This document shows, in pieces, positions 56,497 to 64,000 of a DNA stretch of 64,000 bases. The number at the start of each line of letters is the position of its first letter. The stretch's first letter is position 1. Position numbers and translations under genes: made by a program. The DNA is from a virus, in the IMG/VR virus record IMGVR_UViG_3300047550_003482, positions 1 to 64,000 of that record. One strand, 5' to 3'. The notes under the pieces are model-generated. The model did no database searches and had not been told where the DNA came from. It saw nothing but the letters and a program-made list of their open reading frames with translations.

Positions 56497-57937
56497 GTTC
56501 TAAATATTGGGTAATGAGATTTTTTTCTGCTTCAGTAAGAAGACTTACGTCATAATTTCCGGTATCAATCTTGCCTATCAATGCTCTTATATATTCTTCA
56601 TTCATATGTGTAGATTGTTTTTCTATCTCAATCCATTTGCCACTTGAAAATTTATATGCTCTTGTAGGCAATAAATCAATACGAATAAAAATATCATTGT
56701 TGGTTGCATATTTAGGAAATTTGTTACCAAAGTTATTTATAGCTAGGTTAGAGGGCAAGAATAATTCTGGTTCTATTTCTTTTAGTGCTTCCTTCTTTAT
56801 GTTTTTGCCGTTAAAGAGAACATAGCCATCACCAAGATCAATTAATGGATTTTCTCTTGTAATATTATCTGTCTCAACTTTTGTTGTAGTAGGTTTTATA
56901 GGCTCTGGTATTTTTTCAGGCTCTATTACTACTTCTGGTTCTTGTACAACCTCAGTTGAAACGATTTCTTTAACTATAGATTCTTCTTTATAGACCAATG
57001 GTTTTTCTCGTATAAAACCAAATGGAATTTTGAACGGATTCTTCAACAAATAGGGATGTTTTTTTAATATGTCACTATCATCATCTTTTGGTTTTTCTTC
57101 CTTAGTAGGTTCTATCACAGTTTCTTTTGGTTGTTCTATTTGTTTCTCTTCTTCAACCTTGTTTTCTTTATCATATATTCTACTATTATTTGCTGCTAAT
57201 ACTAGAGCCAATGCTAATGGATCAAATACTATGATGATTAGTATTATGACATACCTCACAGCTTTTTCAAGCATATTATGCTCAACAGTATCACCATATA
57301 TCAAAGCAGCAATGTATTTTATTGGTCCTACCTCTACTTCAATTTTTCTTAATTGAGTTGCGAGTGGCGCCTTTTCTTCATTTAGTTTAGCAATTTCTTG
57401 TTGTGCTTTACTTATTTCCTGTTGAAGTTGTGTTCTTTCTTTGGCTTGTTGTCTTCTTATCTGTACTGCACGTTCTGCATTTTGTGTATCATTGCCTCTA
57501 GCTAATAATTGAGTTATTTGATCATCCATTTGGACCAAAGCTTTTTTAGCAATATCTATATTGTCTCTTTCAGTTTTAATCTTTTCTTCAATTAAACTTA
57601 CTTTAGCTGCGACATCACCAGTCGGCACACCCTGTTCAATATGTGCCCTAGATAAAAATCCAAATATGCCCATACTGGTTAGTAGGGCAATAACTACTAC
57701 AGAAAATACCAAATAACTCTTTAACAGTAATCCGCATTTATCCCAATATTTTCTTAACCAAACTGTGGTTGTTATTTTTCCTATTTCAAGGATAGAACCC
57801 ATAATGATAATGGGAATAACCGCACCAGCAAATATAGCAGTTAAACCAACAATGCTATAATATGCCGCTACGGTACTAAGTGATAGTGCTACTAAAAGTG
57901 TAAGATTTGTTATGTTGAAAATTTTTTGGTACATCAA
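56477..57937 (-). CDS. membrane protein with long coiled coil
   Basis: Three N-terminal TMs, coiled coil, further TM. Confidence 0.7.
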   Translation of the reverse strand: MMYQKIFNITNLTLLVALSLSTVAAYYSIVGLTAIFAGAVIPIIIMGSILEIGKITTTVWLRKYWDKCGLLLKSYLVFSVVVIALLTSMGIFGFLSRAHIEQGVPTGDVAAKVSLIEEKIKTERDNIDIAKKALVQMDDQITQLLARGNDTQNAERAVQIRRQQAKERTQLQQEISKAQQEIAKLNEEKAPLATQLRKIEVEVGPIKYIAALIYGDTVEHNMLEKAVRYVIILIIIVFDPLALALVLAANNSRIYDKENKVEEEKQIEQPKETVIEPTKEEKPKDDDSDILKKHPYLLKNPFKIPFGFIREKPLVYKEESIVKEIVSTEVVQEPEVVIEPEKIPEPIKPTTTKVETDNITRENPLIDLGDGYVLFNGKNIKKEALKEIEPELFLPSNLAINNFGNKFPKYATNNDIFIRIDLLPTRAYKFSSGKWIEIEKQSTHMNEEYIRALIGKIDTGNYDVSLLTEAEKNLITQYLEHDNTGK

Positions 57938-58409
57938 CTATTTAGTTGATTAATACCAATGACTCTATTCCTTGCCGAATAAATGCCCGTAATAGTTATT
58001 GAATTCTTCCAAAGATAAAACTAGTTTACGTGGAATGCCAGGTCCAGTTTTAATATGGTAGGTAACATACAATTCATTACCATCTCTTTCTTTAATTTGC
58101 ATGACGGTAATACTGTTACCATCAGCAAATGTATAAGATTTACCAACTAAATCGTAGTCATTCATTTTCTGATTTTAAGGGTTTTGGGCCCAACTGTTAT
58201 CATAGTGTACACCACATTTTCATGTTTTAGTGGCAAATCCAAATTTATATGTACTCTTGAAACATTGTCATCACTGATGATATGTTCCAAAAGCACAGTA
58301 CCTACAAAAGGAATATTATTGTATTTACCTTCAACACGATCACCCATATGAAATTTCACATGTTTTCGGTTCTTTTCAAAATATTCTTTTTCTTTAGTCA
58401 TGATAATGC

Positions 58410-59747
58410 TTATTTATCTGTGCGAAAAGTTTTGAACCTAGGAAACCGTAGTGAGTAAGTTCCATCCATATTTTGCGTAACCGCATCTGCTAGAACCACA
58501 GCAGTTTGACCAATAACGCTACTACTGTCACTCCAAAAATTATCTCGATCATCGTCAGTAAAACCACTGCCCACATTGACGGTAATATGCTTTCCGTCTT
58601 CAAATCCTTCGCAAACCAGTGCTCCAAGTCGTCCAGCATTTTTTCCCGTACCCTCTTCTAGTCCAATGACCGTTAGGTCATAATCATGAACAGGCTTGTA
58701 CTTCATCCAAAACGTATTACGCTTTGCTTCATAAGGTGAATCAATGTCTTTGATCATCACACCTTCATAGCCTGCATTTACCATATCCTTACAATAGCGA
58801 TTGAATTGATCTTTGCCTGCAGCAGTATCCATGTCAACCATGATATGTGACAGTAGCCTTACATTGGGCATTTGATCAATCACACTACGCATAGATTCTA
58901 GAATTTCAATACGATAGCTGAGAGACCTACGATATAGCCCATTACGGAAGTCTTCAAGCGGAACAATATCAAAAATATTGAACACACTATCATTAGCCTG
59001 CACATTTTCTTTACGTCGGGCTTGACGCATTAGTTCTTGGAACGTGTTGCCAGTGACTTCACCATCAAACACGAAGCCAGCTGCAAGTTGTTTAGCGATA
59101 CTGGTCTTGTTAATCAGTGCTGTGAAATGTTTAACGATTTGGTTCTCAATGTCGGTAAAGTTTTCAAACACCTTGCCATTGCGACTATAGCTAACCACGG
59201 ACACTTGATCGTCACCTGGAATAACTGTCATCAATACACGAACACCGTCAAGCTTGGGCTCAAGACGTTTGATACTTTTCATTTCAGGACGATTCTCACA
59301 ATTGGTAGCAAGTTGGCAACCAAAGATGGGAATCTCATAAACTGTATTCTTGCAAACCTTGTTGATAGTCTTATCACTGATGCCTGCTCGCATATCACGG
59401 CGTAGAACAGGTGCAAGAAAATGATTCCATTCGTTGCTATCAAAACGATATGAAATTTCTTCAATAGCGTCACGGGCAGCATTACCCGTTAGCTTTCGTT
59501 GTGAAAGATTGGTAAGTAGAGTGTTGAACTCTTGCCAAGGATTCTCAGCGTCAGTGATACCTACAGTATCATCAACCTTCTTAACACCAAATACCACGTA
59601 TGGATTGTAGCAAGCCTTGAGTAGGCCCAAAAAGATTTGTGCCTTTGTATCTCCCAACTTACTGACAGTAAGTGCCTGCTTGAGAACATCTTCCTTATGC
59701 AGGCGGCTATCCGATTGATTGAGTTTTTGAATCCAAGAATATGTCAT
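58410..59747 (-). CDS. ATP-dependent DNA ligase
   Basis: KLDGVR, FDGE, FD, EGVMIK, W.K.K, VGSGF, LRFP. Confidence 0.95.
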   Translation of the reverse strand: MTYSWIQKLNQSDSRLHKEDVLKQALTVSKLGDTKAQIFLGLLKACYNPYVVFGVKKVDDTVGITDAENPWQEFNTLLTNLSQRKLTGNAARDAIEEISYRFDSNEWNHFLAPVLRRDMRAGISDKTINKVCKNTVYEIPIFGCQLATNCENRPEMKSIKRLEPKLDGVRVLMTVIPGDDQVSVVSYSRNGKVFENFTDIENQIVKHFTALINKTSIAKQLAAGFVFDGEVTGNTFQELMRQARRKENVQANDSVFNIFDIVPLEDFRNGLYRRSLSYRIEILESMRSVIDQMPNVRLLSHIMVDMDTAAGKDQFNRYCKDMVNAGYEGVMIKDIDSPYEAKRNTFWMKYKPVHDYDLTVIGLEEGTGKNAGRLGALVCEGFEDGKHITVNVGSGFTDDDRDNFWSDSSSVIGQTAVVLADAVTQNMDGTYSLRFPRFKTFRTDK

Positions 59748-59965
59748 GATTTTTCCTTTACTTACGCATAATGTTTTGTAGTGCTTCTTGTGCAAGATCG
59801 GTATCAGTTTCCTTATCGTATACTTCAGCCACCATCATATTATATACAATTTCTGCGTCTTTGCCGAAAACTTTAAGGATATAATTTACCTTTTCCATGT
59901 CTGTGGCTGTCCAAAGAAGATCAGCAATCTTGAATTGAACTTCGTTTTGTAGTTTCAGATCCATT

Positions 59966-60574
59966 TTAAATTACCTTTGCCCTAGAAAGTTGTGTGCAAT
60001 TTTCTCTGTGTGCCTTGATGGTACCGGACACTTGAATGATTGTACCTAGATTGATAGGTTCTTTACGTGAGAAGAAAAAAACTTGATCTTTGTTGTTGAT
60101 GCAAGTAATGAAGTAAACCTTAAAATTCACAGAAAACATGCATTTTAGCACTTCACTAGATTCAACAATTACCTTGGATCCAACATCACCCAGATAACCA
60201 CCGTTTGCAAACGAAATGCGATTTTGTACTTCATTTTTCGCGGATTCACGTTGATATGTAGAAGGTAGAGGTGCTATGATACTGAGGTCGTAAATATAAT
60301 TAGAACTTTCCTTGTACACTAAATTGCTTACGACCTTTTCAAAACTATTGAGTTTTGAACCAGACAACACCTTATAGGTTAGTGATTGGAAATGATTCAG
60401 GACTTTTTGTGCAAGTTCTTGATCTTCTGTAGTAATGCTGTCCTTAGCATTTAGTAAATCAATCATTAGAGAACGATTGGGCTTTCGTTCATCAACCTGA
60501 TATTTTACGTATTCCCCGTTAATACGTTGTGCAGCACAGGCTGCTGCAAAAATGTCAATGATTTTGTTTTCCAT
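59966..60574 (-). CDS. hypothetical protein, possible C-terminal OB fold
   Basis: G..G.K...GTIK.H...TQL.R. Confidence 0.55.
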   Translation of the reverse strand: MENKIIDIFAAACAAQRINGEYVKYQVDERKPNRSLMIDLLNAKDSITTEDQELAQKVLNHFQSLTYKVLSGSKLNSFEKVVSNLVYKESSNYIYDLSIIAPLPSTYQRESAKNEVQNRISFANGGYLGDVGSKVIVESSEVLKCMFSVNFKVYFITCINNKDQVFFFSRKEPINLGTIIQVSGTIKAHRENCTQLSRAKVI

Positions 60575-60575
60575 T

Positions 60576-60989
60576 TTATTCAACAATGTAGGGCTTGTTC
60601 CACTTGCCGATGTTGATATCAACATAGTAGGCAATATCAAAGTAATCCGTCATTGCGTCGCTACGATCATACCAACCAGCAGACTTCAGAGCCTTGAGAG
60701 CCTCGGTGATAAAATCCTTAGCCTTGCCATCGTAATGGTCTTGATACCAATACGTGTTGACGCTAGCATTGCCGCTAGTGTTGGGGGTGAAACCCCTGGA
60801 CACTTGATAATGACTGGCACTGCAAACACGATTGCTATTGCCAATGAAATCAATCTTACCCGACTTCAGAGTCAGGCAGATAGTCATATGATTGCGAACA
60901 CTCAGCGAACCCTTGACGCCATACTTGGCAAGCACAGGCTTCAGAGCAGCAGAAATCTTGGACTTCATTTCTTGATTGACGTAAGCCAT
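60576..60989 (-). CDS. hypothetical early protein (SD.MTDYFD, LPD29-like motif)
   Basis: Promoter 61024-61052, GGAG SD. Confidence 0.6.
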   Translation of the reverse strand: MAYVNQEMKSKISAALKPVLAKYGVKGSLSVRNHMTICLTLKSGKIDFIGNSNRVCSASHYQVSRGFTPNTSGNASVNTYWYQDHYDGKAKDFITEALKALKSAGWYDRSDAMTDYFDIAYYVDINIGKWNKPYIVE

Positions 60990-61048
60990 TTGTTTCTCCG
61001 TTTCGTTCACTGTCTAGAAAGACATTATATGTGTTTCGGGATTATTTG

Positions 61049-61375
61049 TCAAGCCACACGATAGATGATACCTTGCTTGGTCATCATCTTCACGATACCT
61101 TGTGTAGCCCAATCCTGTTCCAGAAGTGCAAGATTCTTGCGATCACGAACCCGACCTTCGTGAACCTTGACGCGGATCCACTTCTTGCAGTTGGTGATAG
61201 AAACCTCAGTGCATTGATAGACCATTTCCAGAGCCAACTTCATGCGTTCTGCCTTGACCTTTTGTTGGTCAGTAAACAGACTGGCATTTGCAATGCTACG
61301 CATACGTGCATCACGCGCGGCGAACCAAGCAAAATTACCAGCAGCCTTGTATTCGGTTTCTTGAATTTGCATCAT
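61049..61375 (-). CDS. hypothetical early protein
   Basis: Promoter 61406-61434. Confidence 0.65.
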   Translation of the reverse strand: MMQIQETEYKAAGNFAWFAARDARMRSIANASLFTDQQKVKAERMKLALEMVYQCTEVSITNCKKWIRVKVHEGRVRDRKNLALLEQDWATQGIVKMMTKQGIIYRVA

Positions 61376-61435
61376 TTGCTCCGTGTATCAACTGTCTAGA
61401 AAGACATTATATGACCAAACGGATTTATTGTCAAA

Positions 61436-62053
61436 TCACAGGTAAGCCATTTGCTTAGGAGACAGAGGACGAGCGAACTTGGGAGCCGGATCATTGATCC
61501 AGGACATGACTTGTTGACGCAGGCTCATACGGAATCCGCTGCGCAGGTTAGAAGTAATCAGACGCTTAACGCCTTCCCAGTAATCAGTACCGACCACCGC
61601 CTTCAGGCGCTCGACTTGGACACGGGTCAGTCCAGCACGATGAGCAACCTCAGCGTCACGCTGACGAGCAGCACGACGGCCCAGAACCTCGCTACGCCGT
61701 TGCTTGTAAGCCATATAGGCATTGTATTCAGCACGAACTTCGGGATTAGCGTCCACCGAAGAATTGTAGCAAGGATAGGACCAACCACGAGTAGTGGCGA
61801 ACATGATGTTGCGAGGAGACTTGCTCACAGGATCCCACACGGTCATGTAGAAATCACTGTCATCATACATGTTCCGCTCCCAGTCCACCAGGCACAGACC
61901 TTGATGGGTCAAGTACAGAGTATCGCCTTGACGGTTGTCGTTCATGCCGTTGACGCCGGGCAGCGGGCAGTATTCACCCGCATGAAACTCGGTGCGCAGA
62001 GTGCGCTGACCGTTAGCGTAGTCATACGAAGAACCCATGTTGATAATAGCCAT
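61436..62053 (-). CDS. hypothetical early protein
   Basis: Promoter 62090-62118, AAAGGA SD. Confidence 0.7.
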   Translation of the reverse strand: MAIINMGSSYDYANGQRTLRTEFHAGEYCPLPGVNGMNDNRQGDTLYLTHQGLCLVDWERNMYDDSDFYMTVWDPVSKSPRNIMFATTRGWSYPCYNSSVDANPEVRAEYNAYMAYKQRRSEVLGRRAARQRDAEVAHRAGLTRVQVERLKAVVGTDYWEGVKRLITSNLRSGFRMSLRQQVMSWINDPAPKFARPLSPKQMAYL

Positions 62054-62753
62054 TTGCGTTTCCTTTGCGTTACTGCTTACTAGAAATACAGTATATCAAA
62101 GATGGGAATTATTGTCAAGCGTATTCAAACGCACCAGGCCGAAGCACATATCCAGCAGTACCATACTCCTCATCGATTGAATAGTACTTCAACACCACAT
62201 GACTGCCGGAAGGCAGAATGGTAGGGGCACTAAGGTCGCCGTAATACATGTAGTCCCTGAATTCAGGACGCAGGGCGATAGTATCAGTCATATAAGTTGC
62301 GGTCAGCATGATTTTAACCCACCAAACGAAGGATAGAACGGGCTTCAGCAATCAGGTCTTCGCGGCTGCTATTGCTGAGACTAAGTTGGCTGTAACGATA
62401 CCAGTTTTGGTCAATGACCTTGACTTGAGCACCGGTGAAAATATCACCAAAAAACTCAAGCATGAAACGCGGCAGATTCATTTCCGACACCTTTCTTAAC
62501 GTCAACAAAGACAGTATAACAAGGGTTGGATTTTTTGTCAACCAACCCTACAATTATTTTTGCTCTCGTTCATACTTCCATACAAAGGAATCATATACTA
62601 TCTTGATAATATATACGGTAACCCCGGCAATCACACCAAATCCAAAATATTTAGGATTAGCCCAAATAGTGTAAACTACCGCGGTTGCAAACAAAATACA
62701 TCCTACTACTACGCCAAGTGTAGACAATGCTGCTTTAACTTTCACGTTCATTT

Positions 62754-63125
62754 TCAATACTCCTCTTCCAAATTACGTTCCCAGGCAATCAGTTCTTCTT
62801 CACCGCCATCCATTTGATAGGCTTCAGAACCATATGCAGGATGATATTCTTCCCAACGATCAAATGCAACAGGAAGCTTACCTGCTTTCAAACGTGCATT
62901 CAATGCCTTAGACATACGGACTGCCGGCTCAAGACTTTCCTGCTCGGTAGATTCGGTGCGAACAAAAAGACGACGGCGAGAACCACGAGCATCCTTTGCG
63001 TAGATATAGCTGGCATGTCCATACTGATATCCACGCGGATTGTCGTAATCCGCCATTTCAGGATTTTGTCCGATAATGACGATCTCAGTGCTTGCGTAAA
63101 ATTCAATAGGCTTCATGTTTGACAC
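62754..63125 (-). CDS. hypothetical early protein
   Basis: Promoter 63146-63174. Confidence 0.65.
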   Translation of the reverse strand: MSNMKPIEFYASTEIVIIGQNPEMADYDNPRGYQYGHASYIYAKDARGSRRRLFVRTESTEQESLEPAVRMSKALNARLKAGKLPVAFDRWEEYHPAYGSEAYQMDGGEEELIAWERNLEEEY

Positions 63126-63294
63126 CTTTTTACTACAGTAAATGCAGTATACTACAAAAGGTATTTATTGTCAAATGTTCTGTTTCATGGACTCTTGAAT
63201 TTCCAAAACCCATTGATGTGGGACGCCAAACCGATCACTGATCATTTGTGGACTGAAACCCTGTTCCAATAGGTCTTGAATGTCAAGGATTAGA

Positions 63295-63762
63295 TCACGC
63301 AGCTTGCTCATTTGCAACTCCACTAAGACGACTTTGAATTTCAAGATAGAAAGTATGATACTTGGCCATACGTGCAATGTCCTTTTCAGTCACACCCTTA
63401 AGGCGCCTGATATCGGTGTTGTGCCTGAGGTCGGCACACTTGACCAACATAGCATCACGGCTGGCAAACACACCTTGCTTGTATTCTTCGTAGGTCTGAC
63501 CCGGTTGCTTGGTCAATGCACGGATGCCATTGATCACACGATCGGTCATGCCCGCATCACGAAGATCCTGATAGGTAACATCAGTATCTTCAACCACATC
63601 GTGACCCAGTGCAATGCACATAAGTTCTTCGTCAGTGGTCTTCAGGTAATGCATGACCTTCAAGGGATGCAAAATGTAGGGATTGCCACCGCGGTCAAAC
63701 TGACCAGCATGTGCATTGGTCACCAGTACCAACATCTTGTCAAGCATTTGACCGCGCTTCAT
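63295..63762 (-). CDS. HD-domain (p)ppGpp hydrolase-like protein (Mesh1/SpoT HD)
   Basis: H.GQ....G.PYI.HP, HDVVEDT, LTK, VK.AD..HN. Confidence 0.85.
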   Translation of the reverse strand: MKRGQMLDKMLVLVTNAHAGQFDRGGNPYILHPLKVMHYLKTTDEELMCIALGHDVVEDTDVTYQDLRDAGMTDRVINGIRALTKQPGQTYEEYKQGVFASRDAMLVKCADLRHNTDIRRLKGVTEKDIARMAKYHTFYLEIQSRLSGVANEQAA

Positions 63763-64000
63763 AGTATTCCTTTCAGGCAAATTCTTCATGGATTTCACGA
63801 TCCATTTCTTGAGCGTCCAGCCAACGTTCATATTCAGCAGCATCCTCACGCTCACGCCGGCTGACAATGTTGAAGGCTTGAACAAGGCTGAAACCCTCGT
63901 TCAGCAGTTCGCCCATTTGAGTTTCAAATTCTTCTTGCGTGTAAAAGTTCATCATTTCAAACTCCTCGTTGCTGTTCACTAGAAATACAGTATAGCACTA

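Noticed and set aside
1-64000. Stop-codon reassignment as seen in some huge phages
   Set aside because: Known genes (clpX, ligase, iscU, infA) are full length in the standard code, all three stops are used, and no complete suppressor tRNA was seen.

Overview
This window is a 64-kb segment of a large (jumbo/huge) tailed dsDNA phage genome using the standard bacterial code. The IscU, RpoZ and ClpP/X sequences suggest a beta- or gammaproteobacterial host (inference). Layout: (i) 1-14 kb holds a tRNA cluster (8 tRNAs), several unannotated structured RNAs, IscU, TilS, RpoZ and a Ro60/TROVE-like (DUF2828) vWA protein. (ii) 14-26.3 kb is a minus-strand block of 12 consecutive genes, preceded by a late-type promoter, that share an N-terminal M-[KR]-x-x-E-[FIVL] type tag resembling the T4 capsid-targeting sequence. 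Their cargo domains include GNATs, ADP-ribosyltransferases, NUDIX, amidoligase, SOD and GH19 lysozyme, and some look like protease-cleaved polyproteins. (iii) 26-64 kb carries host-takeover genes (IF-1, bS21, ClpP/ClpS/ClpX, Hsp20, RNA and DNA ligases, dCMP deaminase, HD hydrolase) among many small genes behind repeated sigma70-type promoter modules, including an MNERI...FGVEE paralog family. The two strongest candidates for undescribed systems are the tagged virion-cargo effector array and the Ro60-like protein with three ACAGCAA stem RNAs that carry tRNA-arm mimics. All calls come from reading motifs by eye; no searches were run.
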